This document shows positions 18,101 to 27,553 of a stretch of DNA of 51,802 nt, in pieces. The translations under genes and the position numbers were made by a program. The notes beneath the pieces were generated by a model. It ran no database searches. It was given only the letters and a program-made list of their open reading frames with translations, and was not told the DNA's origin. Numbering within the stretch: the first letter of the stretch is position 1; each line of letters opens with the position of its first letter. Origin of the DNA: an uncultured Gammaproteobacteria bacterium (GTDB taxonomy: Bacteria > Pseudomonadota > Gammaproteobacteria > Arenicellales > JAANXG01); assembly GCA_945787105.1 (NCBI GenBank), contig CALZGZ010000040.1, positions 1-51,802 on the forward strand, read 5' to 3'.

Positions 18101-18865
18101 ATGGATGGTAAATCCCACCGAACTAGGCCACCGACACCAGGCGCATTTGTTGCGTCGCTGTCCTGGCTGGAGGTCGAGAAGCGGGTTGCCAATGGCGCGG
18201 CCGGCGTGTTACCGGTCGGAGCAAGTGCCAAGGAACATGGCTATCACCTCCCCATGAATACTGATCAAATACAGGCAGAGTGGCTTGCGCAAAGACTGAC
18301 CGAAAAGTTCGACATCCTTGTGTGGCCCACCGTCGGCTATGGATATTATCCGGCATTCACCGAATACCCCGGAAGTTGTTCAATCTCGGAGCGCACGTTT
18401 ACCGCAGTGGTGCGAGAGATCTTATCTGAGCTATTCCGTCATCGAGTGCAGACGGTAATCATCCTAAACACCGGCGTTAGCACCAAAACAGCGTTGCTGC
18501 AGGTGAGTGAGGAATTGGCCGGCACGCATTTGATTAACGTATATGAGGGGCCGTCCGTTGTCCAACTAGCACAGACGCTATTGCGGCAATCACATGGCGG
18601 TCATGCCGATGAGCGAGAGACCTCCATGATGCTCGCCATCGACGCCGATGTGGTGCGCATGAACAAATCCGTCGTGTGGGATAGACCCATGGGAGCAGGT
18701 CCGCTGCGCCGGCACGACGATCATGCACCCAATTATTCCCCGGCCGGCGTCATCGGCGACCCAACATTGGCGAGTCGGGAAAAAGGCCGTATGCTGCTGG
18801 CAGCGATGATAAACGACATATCCACGCGTCTTCACCAGATTATTGCCTCAAGGGCGGTACCCTGA
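18101..18865 (+). CDS. Creatininase-family amidohydrolase
   Basis: 254 aa with LPVGASAKEHGYHLP and GHADERETS, which are metal-ligand motifs of the creatininase family. Confidence 0.8.
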   Translation: MDGKSHRTRPPTPGAFVASLSWLEVEKRVANGAAGVLPVGASAKEHGYHLPMNTDQIQAEWLAQRLTEKFDILVWPTVGYGYYPAFTEYPGSCSISERTFTAVVREILSELFRHRVQTVIILNTGVSTKTALLQVSEELAGTHLINVYEGPSVVQLAQTLLRQSHGGHADERETSMMLAIDADVVRMNKSVVWDRPMGAGPLRRHDDHAPNYSPAGVIGDPTLASREKGRMLLAAMINDISTRLHQIIASRAVP

Positions 18866-18867
18866 AC

Positions 18868-20532
18868 ATGAGATTTACAACACGGGCTATTGCCACCGAG
18901 AGGCTCGAAGCCCCGTCGGTCGTGCAAATCGCCGGCCGCATATGGCGAAAGGATGCAAGCTTGTGGTCGACTCACGCTGACGTGCAGCGACGCATACTCA
19001 ATCGCCTGGGGTGGCTCGATGCGGTGAATTGGACACCACCAAGTATCGAGCGGTTGAACCTATTTGCCAACCAGGTACGCGAGGATGGATTCACCAATGC
19101 GGTACTGCTAGGCATGGGGGGATCCAGTCTCGCCCCTGAGGTGCTGAGCAGGACCTTCGGTTCAGCACCAGGTTATCTACAGCTCGAAGTCTTGGATACT
19201 ACGGCTCCCGATGCGATCCATGCGGTTGAAAATAAGGTGTCATTACCGAGTACGCTGTTTATTGTATCCAGCAAGTCGGGCACCACCACCGAAACCATGT
19301 CTTTGTTCGAGTATTTTTATCATCGGCTGGAAGCCGAAAAGCCCACACCGGGAGAGCACTTTATCGCCATTACCGATGCGGGAACATCGTTGCAGCAGTT
19401 GGCCGAGCAACGGCATTTCCGCGACTGCTTCCTGGCCCCGGCAGACGTCGGCGGGCGGTATTCGGCGCTCACTTATTTCGGCATGCTGCCTGCTGCGTTG
19501 CTTGGCATCGATCTCGAGGCCCTGGTGAGCACCGCGGTTAATGCCGCCGATAGCACCAAGCCCACTGCCGATCCCGCTGAGAACATCGCCATTCACTTAG
19601 GAGCCACGCTCGCGGACCTGGCGCGCGACGGCCGGGACAAGCTTACCTTGTTGCTGTCACCCTGCCTCGCGCCACTGGGCGCCTGGATCGAGCAGTTGAT
19701 TGCGGAAAGCACGGGCAAAGAAGGCCAAGGTCTCGTCCCGGTGAACAATCCGATACCGGGATCCAACCACGCTGACCAGGCTTTTGTCTCCATAACCACC
19801 GCCGCAGAACAGGACCGCGAGATAGCGCGCGAGTTGGACCGTTTAGGCGAACTCGGTCATCCGGTTATTCATTGGTCAATCAATGACGTGACGGAACTCG
19901 GGGGAGAGTTCTTTCGCTGGGAATTTGCCACTGCCGTGGTGGCTTACAAACTGGGTATTAATCCCTTCGACGAACCCGATGTCGCCGATGCCAAAATGGC
20001 GACTAACAGTTCCCTCGAGACCCTCAATAGCGGAACCCTGGCAACTGATGCGTCGACCTTGTACCACGACGACGTGTGCGAATGGTTCGGCGACAAACGA
20101 TATCAGGACACTTCAGGAGATCCAATCGGCCCGCTAAAAAAACTCGCAGCTGAGGTGCGTCCGGGGGATTTTCTGGCGATTCTTGCCTATCTACCGCCGT
20201 CGCCAGGAGTCGACTCCAGGCTGTACGTGATTCGTCGGCTGCTACAAGAGCGATTCGGCATCGTAACTTGTCTTGCTTACGGTCCGCGTTACCTGCATTC
20301 CAGCGGCCAACTCCATAAGGGAGGACCTAACTCTGGAGTCTACCTGCAATTCACCAGCGAGACCGAACATGACCTGCCGATCCCTGGCCAGGGTTATTCT
20401 TTTCAGCAGTTGATCACGGCGCAGGCCGCTGGCGATTTCAATGTGCTAACCCGACGCAGACGACGAATATTACGCGCGCACCTGCGAGGATCCGTAGTCG
20501 CCGCCCTGGAGGCCCTGAGCGATGTTCTGTAA
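18868..20532 (+). CDS. pgi: Glucose-6-phosphate isomerase (SIS-type, like the PGI half of Tal-Pgi enzymes)
   Basis: LGMGGSSLAPEV, VSSKSGTTTET and DVGGRYSALT are PGI/SIS motifs. It starts 2 nt after the creatininase stop. Confidence 0.8.
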   Translation: MRFTTRAIATERLEAPSVVQIAGRIWRKDASLWSTHADVQRRILNRLGWLDAVNWTPPSIERLNLFANQVREDGFTNAVLLGMGGSSLAPEVLSRTFGSAPGYLQLEVLDTTAPDAIHAVENKVSLPSTLFIVSSKSGTTTETMSLFEYFYHRLEAEKPTPGEHFIAITDAGTSLQQLAEQRHFRDCFLAPADVGGRYSALTYFGMLPAALLGIDLEALVSTAVNAADSTKPTADPAENIAIHLGATLADLARDGRDKLTLLLSPCLAPLGAWIEQLIAESTGKEGQGLVPVNNPIPGSNHADQAFVSITTAAEQDREIARELDRLGELGHPVIHWSINDVTELGGEFFRWEFATAVVAYKLGINPFDEPDVADAKMATNSSLETLNSGTLATDASTLYHDDVCEWFGDKRYQDTSGDPIGPLKKLAAEVRPGDFLAILAYLPPSPGVDSRLYVIRRLLQERFGIVTCLAYGPRYLHSSGQLHKGGPNSGVYLQFTSETEHDLPIPGQGYSFQQLITAQAAGDFNVLTRRRRRILRAHLRGSVVAALEALSDVL

Positions 20533-20598
20533 CGCTTCACTATTGAATATCAATGGTCTGGACATTATCTCTCTGTATGGGTTTAATGGTGATTGAAT

Positions 20599-20904
20599 AT
20601 GAACCAGCTTCGTAATCTGATGTACCGGCCGTTTTTTCGGCGCCTGCTATGGTTGGTTTTTACGGTATTGTTTTTTTACTCGGGACTGTATTTCACCGAA
20701 TGGATATTCGAGCCGGACACCTTTGCCGGCGGGCCCCTGAGGTGGGCATTGGTGGCGCTGTTCCCGCTCCTGGTACCGCTGTTCTTTATCGTCAATAGAC
20801 GCTTCGGATGCGCAAGTGGATCGTGCGGTCTGTCCCCCAGTCCCGATCACGGTACGGATAAACGTGGCACCGGCATGAATATAATGCGCATGCCCGGAGC
20901 TTAA
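20599..20904 (+). CDS. Hypothetical small membrane protein (2 predicted TM helices)
   Basis: ATG 20599 starts two hydrophobic segments (LLWLVFTVLFFYSGLYF and WALVALFPLLVPLFFIV). I recognise no family. It overlaps the convergent gene end by 4 nt. Confidence 0.45.
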   Translation: MNQLRNLMYRPFFRRLLWLVFTVLFFYSGLYFTEWIFEPDTFAGGPLRWALVALFPLLVPLFFIVNRRFGCASGSCGLSPSPDHGTDKRGTGMNIMRMPGA

Positions 20905-21416
20905 TCGGAAAAAAAGTCACCGATACGAGCACGCCGCCAGGTCGCGTTCGCGACTCGCCACTCACCATCGGATTGTATCCAGCTTAGATCGAACTGAAAC
21001 ACATCAGCACGCAAGTCCCACAGTTGATCCGCTGACTCAATACGACGTCCCGTCATTGCCACCAGCAACGATGTGGATGCACGTGCCGGCTTAATGATCT
21101 CGAGATCGGTAATCTTGGACAACAAATGAATATTGCGATGGCGAAGCAAATACCCTTGTAACAGACGAACCACTGAGCGTTTTTCGTAACCCTGCTTGTC
21201 CTTGTAGCCTTCAGCCACGAATTCTTTCAATGTTCCAATGTCACGCTGCTGTGCGGCCTGTTCCGCGATGGCAATGACGGCTCTAATTTGCGCCTCGGGT
21301 TCCTGCGGGTCGGATTTTTCACACCCCGCCACCAAGCCATACCCCGGCGACAACAACACAGCAAGGATTGCCAACCGCAGGTGCAATTCAATCTTTGTCA
21401 CCGGTCGGCGGTACAT
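20901..21416 (-). CDS. Hypothetical lipoprotein
   Basis: 171 aa with a signal peptide and lipobox LVAGC. The rest is unrecognised. Confidence 0.6.
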   Translation of the reverse strand: MYRRPVTKIELHLRLAILAVLLSPGYGLVAGCEKSDPQEPEAQIRAVIAIAEQAAQQRDIGTLKEFVAEGYKDKQGYEKRSVVRLLQGYLLRHRNIHLLSKITDLEIIKPARASTSLLVAMTGRRIESADQLWDLRADVFQFDLSWIQSDGEWRVANATWRRARIGDFFSD

Positions 21417-21592
21417 GGGGATTACTTGAGTAAAATGCGTGACACCAAATTAATCTTTATGCCACTTACCGCATTCCTCGCGAGCGATGGATATCGAGCC
21501 CATGTAGATGCGTATCACGTGTCAGATGGGCGGTGATATCAAGCACCAAACGCATGTCCGAAGTCTGACCCGCGTTTTGCACCAAAGCAAGC

Positions 21593-23086
21593 TCAACCTA
21601 CCGCCGGCTTCTCTTTATCCCTCCGACGTATTTTGACTGGTTTTTTGTTGCCCGTGGGCCTGGCTCTCTTAGTTTTGGTGGCGGCGGTTTTTAAATTTGC
21701 TGGTTCGCGCGCCTCGTCGGTCGTCCGTGACTTCTTGTTCCGCTTGTGCCTGTGTTCATCCTCTGTGGACTTAGTACTGCCCACATCCTTATGCGCGGTC
21801 TTCACATGACGATGACCATCTGCCTTGGATCTGCGCGTGCGTTTGCCTTGCTCGGCTCGCTTCTTGGTTGGGGCATGTCGAGACTTGCGCTTGGGTCGAA
21901 CTGGAGGTTTCGGCTGTAATAATGCTTCGTGATCGATGTTGCCGACTGGGATTTTATGACCAATATACTGTTCAATGTCTTCCAGCGAAAACGCGTAGGT
22001 TTCGCAAGCGAAACTAATTGCGTCACCACTGGCCCCGGCTCGAGCGGTGCGCCCCACTCGATGCACATAGTCTTCGGCGTCTTGCGGCAAATCAAAGTTA
22101 ACCACGTGGCTCACGTCAGGGATATGCAGGCCGCGGGCAGCAACGTCGGTGGCTACGAGCACGGGAACGTCGCCGACCTTAAAGCTCTGCAATAACCGCT
22201 CGCGCTTACTTTGGGGCACGTTTCCGGATAACACCCCCGTTACGTAGTCGTTGCCTCGCAACCAAGCCTCGACATTTTCCGCGCCGTGTTTGGTGTTCAC
22301 GAATACTAAAGTGCGCACGGCACCTACCTGTTCGAGCACTCTCAACAGAAGTGGTATTTTTTCCTCATTGCTTGGGAAATACACCATTTCGGTGACCTGA
22401 TCGACAGTCAAGTGTTCCGACTCGATCTTTATCACCTGTGGATTGTTCATATGCTCGTAAGCAAGCTCGTTTACCCGCATTGAGAGTGTTGCCGAAAACA
22501 ACATATTTAGTCGCTGCTCAGGGGCCGGCATGTGACGAAACAGATAGCGGATATCGCGGATGAACCCGAGGTCAAACATACGGTCCGCCTCATCCAGTAC
22601 CACCACCTGCAAGGCGCTCAAATCAAACAGCTTCTGCTTGAAATAATCGATCACGCGCCCGGGCGTGCCGATTAGGACATCTACACCTTCCTCCAGCGTA
22701 TGGCGTTGTTTTTCGTATCCCGTCCCCCCATATATCAATCCAAGCTTATATGGGGTGTGCCGACCTAACACTTGGGCATCCTTGTGAATTTGGATCGCCA
22801 ATTCCCGGGTCGGGGCTAACACGAACCCAAGCGGTTGTCTGGCGGTTCGCTCAGCGGCGGCTGGGTGGCGTAATAAATAGGCGAAAAGTGCGAATAAAAA
22901 CGCGGCAGTTTTGCCGGTTCCCGTCTTTGCCTGCCCCGCCACGTCTTGGCCAGCCAACGCTATCGGAAGTGCTTCCGCCTGAATGGGGGTACAGTATTCG
23001 AAACCGGCGTCGCTGGCGCCTTGCAACAAAGGGGAAGGCAGGTCAAGATCTGTAAAAGCTTGGCTGCTAAGATGTTTTTCCGTCAT
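21593..23086 (-). CDS. rhlB: ATP-dependent DEAD-box RNA helicase RhlB with long basic C-terminal tail
   Basis: AGQAKTGTGKT, VLDEADRMFD, SAT and HRVGRTARAG motifs. It is divergent from trxA-rho as in E. coli and Pseudomonas. Confidence 0.9.
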   Translation of the reverse strand: MTEKHLSSQAFTDLDLPSPLLQGASDAGFEYCTPIQAEALPIALAGQDVAGQAKTGTGKTAAFLFALFAYLLRHPAAAERTARQPLGFVLAPTRELAIQIHKDAQVLGRHTPYKLGLIYGGTGYEKQRHTLEEGVDVLIGTPGRVIDYFKQKLFDLSALQVVVLDEADRMFDLGFIRDIRYLFRHMPAPEQRLNMLFSATLSMRVNELAYEHMNNPQVIKIESEHLTVDQVTEMVYFPSNEEKIPLLLRVLEQVGAVRTLVFVNTKHGAENVEAWLRGNDYVTGVLSGNVPQSKRERLLQSFKVGDVPVLVATDVAARGLHIPDVSHVVNFDLPQDAEDYVHRVGRTARAGASGDAISFACETYAFSLEDIEQYIGHKIPVGNIDHEALLQPKPPVRPKRKSRHAPTKKRAEQGKRTRRSKADGHRHVKTAHKDVGSTKSTEDEHRHKRNKKSRTTDEAREPANLKTAATKTKRARPTGNKKPVKIRRRDKEKPAVG

Positions 23087-23192
23087 ATAATTACAAGGAT
23101 ACCAGGAATCACTGGCTTAGTGGACTTGCAATCCCGATTTGAATGGGCACAAAATTAGATATAACACCAAGCTAAAGAGGCGTATATTTTCG

Positions 23193-23522
23193 ATGTCAAC
23201 TCCCAATATCGTTCAAGCTACTGACGACAACTTCGATGAAACCGTACTCCACAACGAGCATCCAGTACTGGTTGATTATTGGGCTGAGTGGTGCGGGCCC
23301 TGCAAGATGATCGCTCCGGTGTTAGAGGAGGTCGCCGAGGAATACGCCGGTCGTTTGACCATTGCCAAATTCAATATCGACGATAACCCAAACACACCAC
23401 CAAAGTATGGAATCCGCGGTATCCCCACGTTGATGTTATTCAAGAATGGAAACGTCGAGGCCACCAAGGTTGGCGCTATGTCCAAGTCCCAGCTCACCGC
23501 ATTTCTTGACGGAAACCTATGA
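23193..23522 (+). CDS. trxA: Thioredoxin 1
   Basis: 109 aa from ATG 23193 ([14 protein letters not shown]...) with the active site [10 protein letters not shown]. Confidence 0.95.
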   Translation: MSTPNIVQATDDNFDETVLHNEHPVLVDYWAEWCGPCKMIAPVLEEVAEEYAGRLTIAKFNIDDNPNTPPKYGIRGIPTLMLFKNGNVEATKVGAMSKSQLTAFLDGNL

Positions 23523-23580
23523 ATCAACCGCTGGACCTTGGGTTCAGCCCGTGCTATCTTTTGTATGTAACGATAAAGTT

Positions 23581-23632
23581 TTCCCTCTAACCCTCTAACT
23601 CCACCAGTTTATCCAATTTACCTCCGATTTCA
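23581..23632 (+). promoter_or_regulatory. C-rich/G-poor rut-like tract in the rho leader (candidate autogenous attenuation site)
   Basis: By hand count, this 52-nt tract has 20 C and 2 G. It lies 38 nt upstream of the rho ATG. Confidence 0.4.
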
Positions 23633-23669
23633 GGTGCCGATAAGGCGCCACCACACTATTTAGTTACTT

Positions 23670-24932
23670 ATGCCACTATCACTGGGAGAATTAAAAAAGA
23701 AACCACCTACGGAACTCGCTGATATTGCGCGTTCCATGGACCTCGATGGCCTGGGCCGGATGCGCAAGCAGGATCAGATCTTCGCAATCCTGAAGGCCCA
23801 AGCAAAAAAGGGTGAGGACATCACCGGCGAGGGTGTCGTCGAGATACTGCAGGATGGCTTTGGTTTTTTACGCTCGGCGGACAGTTCTTACCTGGCAGGA
23901 CCGGACGATATCTATGTGTCTCCCAGCCAGATCCGGCGATTCAACTTACGCACCGGGGACACCATCACCGGCCTTATTCGTCCGCCCAAGGAATCCGAGC
24001 GCTATTTCGCACTGCTCAAGGTCGAGACCATCAACTTCCAGTCTCCGGACGAGGCCAAGAACAAGATTCTGTTCGAGAACCTCACGCCGTTGCACCCCGA
24101 TGAGCGTATCCGGCTGGAGCAAGAAAATGGCACCACCGAAGATCTGACAGCGCGGGTGATTGACCTTGTCGCACCGGTCGGAAAGGGCCAGCGGGGCCTT
24201 ATCGTGTCGTCCCCCAAGAGCGGCAAGACGGTGATCTTGCAGCAGATCGCGCACTCCTTCACGGCCAACGATCCCGACTCTATCTTGATGGTTCTACTGA
24301 TCGATGAACGCCCAGAGGAGGTGACGGAAATGCAACGGTCGGTCAAGGGTGAGGTCATTGCCTCTACCTTCGACGAACCAGCGGCCCGACACGTGCAGGT
24401 GGCGGAGATGGTCATCGAAAAGGCCAAGCGGCTGGTGGAGCACAAAAAGGACGTGGTTATTTTGCTAGATTCCATCACCCGTCTGGCACGGGCCTATAAC
24501 ACGGTGCAACCAGCCTCTGGCAAGGTGCTCACCGGTGGTGTGGATGCGAATGCACTGCAGAAACCAAAAAGGTTCTTCGGCGCCGCACGCAATATCGAAG
24601 AGGGCGGCAGCCTAACTATCCTAGCGACCGCACTCATCGATACCGGCTCGAAAATGGACGACGTGATCTACGAGGAGTTCAAAGGTACCGGCAATCTGGA
24701 GATTCACCTGGATCGCCGTATATCCGAGAAACGCGTATACCCGGCAATTATCATCAGCAAATCGGGTACGCGCCGCGAGGAATTGTTGACCGATCCCCAG
24801 GAGCTCCAAAAAATCTGGCTGCTGCGCAAATTGCTACATCCCATGGATGACGTTGAGGCCATAGAGTTCCTGCTAGATAAGCTCCGTGCCACCAAGAGCA
24901 ACACGGAATTTTTTCAGTCTATGAAACGCTAG
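23670..24932 (+). CDS. rho: Transcription termination factor Rho
   Basis: 420 aa with the N-terminal [24 protein letters not shown]-binding GFGFLR, P-loop SSPKSGKT and typical length. Confidence 0.97.
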   Translation: MPLSLGELKKKPPTELADIARSMDLDGLGRMRKQDQIFAILKAQAKKGEDITGEGVVEILQDGFGFLRSADSSYLAGPDDIYVSPSQIRRFNLRTGDTITGLIRPPKESERYFALLKVETINFQSPDEAKNKILFENLTPLHPDERIRLEQENGTTEDLTARVIDLVAPVGKGQRGLIVSSPKSGKTVILQQIAHSFTANDPDSILMVLLIDERPEEVTEMQRSVKGEVIASTFDEPAARHVQVAEMVIEKAKRLVEHKKDVVILLDSITRLARAYNTVQPASGKVLTGGVDANALQKPKRFFGAARNIEEGGSLTILATALIDTGSKMDDVIYEEFKGTGNLEIHLDRRISEKRVYPAIIISKSGTRREELLTDPQELQKIWLLRKLLHPMDDVEAIEFLLDKLRATKSNTEFFQSMKR

Positions 24933-24996
24933 CGGTTGGTGCTGCCGTGTATTGGTGCCGTGTACGGGGTGAACTCGGGGCGGGCAGTCAAGTGGG

Positions 24997-25025
24997 TTGC
25001 AAATGCACGGGGTTTTGCCTATCAT
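24997..25025 (+). promoter_or_regulatory. Candidate sigma-70 promoter of rpmE
   Basis: -35 TTGCAA (24997-25002), 17-nt spacer and -10 TATCAT (25020-25025), 35 nt upstream of the rpmE ATG. Confidence 0.5.
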
Positions 25026-25059
25026 CCGCGACCCCTCGGGGACCAACCAGGAATATGAA

Positions 25060-25266
25060 ATGAAAGCCGCTATCCATCCCAAGTATGACGTGATTAAGGT
25101 GTCCTGCGCGTGCGGTAACTCGTTCGAGACCCGTTCCACCCTCGGGAAGGATCTCCATGTCGAAATATGCTCCGCTTGTCATCCGTTCTATACCGGCAAG
25201 CAAAAAATTGTCGACACTGCGGGCCGGGTCGGTCGTTTCAAACAGAAGTACGGCCGTCCCTCCTGA
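25060..25266 (+). CDS. rpmE: 50S ribosomal protein L31 (Zn-binding type A)
   Basis: [22 protein letters not shown]...[13 protein letters not shown], 68 aa, with both CxxC pairs present. Confidence 0.95.
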   Translation: MKAAIHPKYDVIKVSCACGNSFETRSTLGKDLHVEICSACHPFYTGKQKIVDTAGRVGRFKQKYGRPS

Positions 25267-25350
25267 TCTCGCCATCCGGCGCGTCATCCACGCGTCACCG
25301 GGCAGCCGTGTCGCCGGTCAGCGCGACCCATCCACCACTGCTGGGAGAGC

Positions 25351-25525
25351 CTAGCCCGCGCTCCTCACCAAGCGCCCCGCCCCTAGCCCGAATAGTTCAC
25401 CACGGCTCGCGGAGGATTAGGCGCACACTCGGGCACCCAGCGTCACCGCGGGCATTGACTACATTCCACGCTCCAAACAAAATGTTAGCTCTTCTTTTCA
25501 GCGCCGTGGTGCAATAGACGGGCTG
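25351..25525 (+). repeat. MITE-family related element, copy F (~175 bp, divergent interior)
   Basis: The left end ctagcccgcgctcctcaccaagcgccccgcccct and right end ccgtggtgcaatagacgggctg match the family TIRs and the first ~20 nt of the copy A left arm. The interior is not alignable by eye. Confidence 0.55.
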
Positions 25526-25672
25526 CGGTAGAGCGCCTCAGTCGGCGCGTGCGGCGCGGAGAACCGGGTCGCGGCGGGGGGGGAAACAGGGGTTTTCCAG
25601 GCATATCACCTAATGCCCCGTGGTTGGCCACCCTGTCTGTTATTGTGGGCGTGCTGGGGACAATCAGTAGAC

Positions 25673-25843
25673 TTAGATTTCTACGAGTTCGAAGTCGGTT
25701 TTGCCGGCGCCACAATCTGGACACTGCCAGCTATCGGAGACATCCTCCCACCGCGTACCCGGCCGGATACCCTGTTCCGGTAAACCCTTTTCTTCCTCGT
25801 AAACAAACCCACAAATAACGCACATGTACGTCTTGTATTCCAC
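25673..25843 (-). CDS. Rubredoxin
   Basis: GTG 25843 (SD ggag 9 nt upstream) gives the 56-aa MEYKTYMCVICGFVYEEEKGLPEQGIRPGTRWEDVSDSWQCPDCGAGKTDFELVEI with two CxxCG knuckles. Confidence 0.9.
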   Translation of the reverse strand: MEYKTYMCVICGFVYEEEKGLPEQGIRPGTRWEDVSDSWQCPDCGAGKTDFELVEI

Positions 25844-25959
25844 AGCCAGACTCCGAACGTTGATAGTGACCTGGCCCGCATTTTTCACCGGCGGCGCCAC
25901 ACCCCGAGTCCGCGCTAGCGCTTAAGGCATTGAGCCAAACAACGTGTTACCGCAGTCAC

Positions 25960-26032
25960 GCCTATCCCCGCCCCGGGCTGGTTCTCGCGTCCTGCGCCAG
26001 CATCCGGGATGCTAATGAAAAATGCGCGCTAG
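25960..26032 (+). repeat. Internally deleted MITE-family fragment, copy E (~73 bp)
   Basis: gcctatccccgccccgggctggttctcg matches the core start. cgtcctgcgccagcatccgggatgctaatgaaaaatgcgcgctag matches the right arm and TIR of copy C. Confidence 0.55.
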
Positions 26033-26105
26033 ACGCAATGCGCTATTATAGTCGACGATAATCTTTTACTTAAATGCAGGCGCTGGTACGAAGGTATTTT
26101 CCCAC

Positions 26106-26924
26106 ATGCTCCGCTCCGAGACAGGCCAACCACAACAGATACCGACCGTGCTGGTATTCGGCGGACATGACCCCAGCGGGGGTGCCGGCATCGCCGCCGA
26201 TATCTCAACGCTACTTGCGTTGGGTTGTCACCCGATGGTGGTCATCACCGCCATTACGGTCCAAAACACAAGCCAACTACTGCGCTATCAGTTGCTGGAC
26301 CCACAGCTGATTGCGGCGCAAGCCGGAGCGTTGTTGGAAGACGCCCCCATCGCCGCCTGTAAGACTGGCATGTTGGGGTCGGCGGCTATCGTTGCGGCCG
26401 TGGCCGAGGCCGTCACGGCGTTGTCGACGGTCCCGCTGGTGGTAGATCCGGTGCTGTACGCGGACCGCGGGGGGCCGCTGGGCGAAGCCGATCTGGTTGC
26501 GGCGTTGCAAACCTCATTGCTGCCCCGTGCCGCACTGGCCACCCCTAACGTCAATGAGTGCCGCGCACTAACTTCCACCGCCGAACCGGATCAAGCGGCC
26601 AGAGAGCTCATGGCGCGGGGTTGTCGTAATGTCCTCGTGACCGGCACGCACGCACCGACTCCCAAGGTTGTGCACCGCTTGTACCAGGCATCCAACGAGG
26701 CGGTAAAGATGTCACAATGGCCGCGACTGAATGGGATCTTTCACGGTTCCGGTTGTACACTTGCCACCGCGGTGGCCGCCCACCTGGCGCATGGGGAGAC
26801 CATGGCCGATGCGGTCAATCACGCCCTGGAATATACCTGGCAGTCGCTCCGGCGTGCTTATCGGCCTGGATCCGGGCAAAGCATCCCGCAACGATTATGG
26901 CGTTTGCATAGGGTCGATCCATGA
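26106..26924 (+). CDS. thiD: Hydroxymethylpyrimidine/phosphomethylpyrimidine kinase
   Basis: VLVFGGHDPSGGAGIAADI is the ThiD N-terminal signature. It overlaps thiE by 4 bp. Confidence 0.9.
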   Translation: MLRSETGQPQQIPTVLVFGGHDPSGGAGIAADISTLLALGCHPMVVITAITVQNTSQLLRYQLLDPQLIAAQAGALLEDAPIAACKTGMLGSAAIVAAVAEAVTALSTVPLVVDPVLYADRGGPLGEADLVAALQTSLLPRAALATPNVNECRALTSTAEPDQAARELMARGCRNVLVTGTHAPTPKVVHRLYQASNEAVKMSQWPRLNGIFHGSGCTLATAVAAHLAHGETMADAVNHALEYTWQSLRRAYRPGSGQSIPQRLWRLHRVDP

Positions 26925-27541
26925 GTGTCCGGGGGCTTTATGTGATCACTGACCCAGAACTGATTCCGGCGCACCGGTTGCTCGACGACGTTGTTGCGGT
27001 AGTCGCTGGCGGTGCGCGTACCGTTCAATACAGAAACAAGACTGCTGATTACCGAGCCCGGCTGCAGCAGGCGCGGGAGATACGACAAATCTGCCGGGAT
27101 CGCAATGTGACGTTCATTGTCAACGACGATGCGGAATTGGCCGTTGCGCTCGATGCCGATGGAATTCATATCGGCGAACAAGATTCGGCGCTGCCAGATG
27201 CGCGTCGCATAGTGGGGCCGACGCGGCTGATTGGGGTCTCATGCTACAACGACCTGAACCGCGCGCGCGAATCATGGGAACGTGGGGCCGATTATGTTGC
27301 GTTTGGGAGCTTTTATTCATCCGCCACCAAACCTAAGGCGCGGCGTGCCTCGCTGGCATTATTGCGGCGAGCCCGGCGAGAGCTACCGATACCCATCATT
27401 GCGATCGGCGGAATAACGCTGGAAAATGGTGCGTCACTGTTGGAGGCGGGCGCCGATGCGTTAGCAGTTATCCACGCTGTGTTCGGCGCAGCAGACCGGC
27501 GCATCGCGGCTGAACAGCTGGCGAAATTATTCTACCAATGA
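26921..27541 (+). CDS. thiE: Thiamine-phosphate synthase
   Basis: 206 aa with RGLYVITD, VQYRNK and GADYVAFG motifs of the TMP-TENI family. The thiD-thiE-hemL order matches Pseudomonas. Confidence 0.9.
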   Translation: MSVRGLYVITDPELIPAHRLLDDVVAVVAGGARTVQYRNKTADYRARLQQAREIRQICRDRNVTFIVNDDAELAVALDADGIHIGEQDSALPDARRIVGPTRLIGVSCYNDLNRARESWERGADYVAFGSFYSSATKPKARRASLALLRRARRELPIPIIAIGGITLENGASLLEAGADALAVIHAVFGAADRRIAAEQLAKLFYQ

Positions 27542-27553
27542 GACGAATACAAG

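Noticed and set aside
24936-24964. Imperfect tandem duplication ttggtgctgccgtgta / ttggtgccgtgta just after the rho stop.
   Set aside because: It is short, imperfect and carries no terminator or known binding motif. It is likely a slippage remnant.
25844-26105. Possible TPP (THI-box) riboswitch upstream of thiD.
   Set aside because: I could not find the conserved CUGAGA / ACCUGAUCUGGAUAAUGCCAGCG elements. The region is largely explained by the repeat fragment at 25960-26032.
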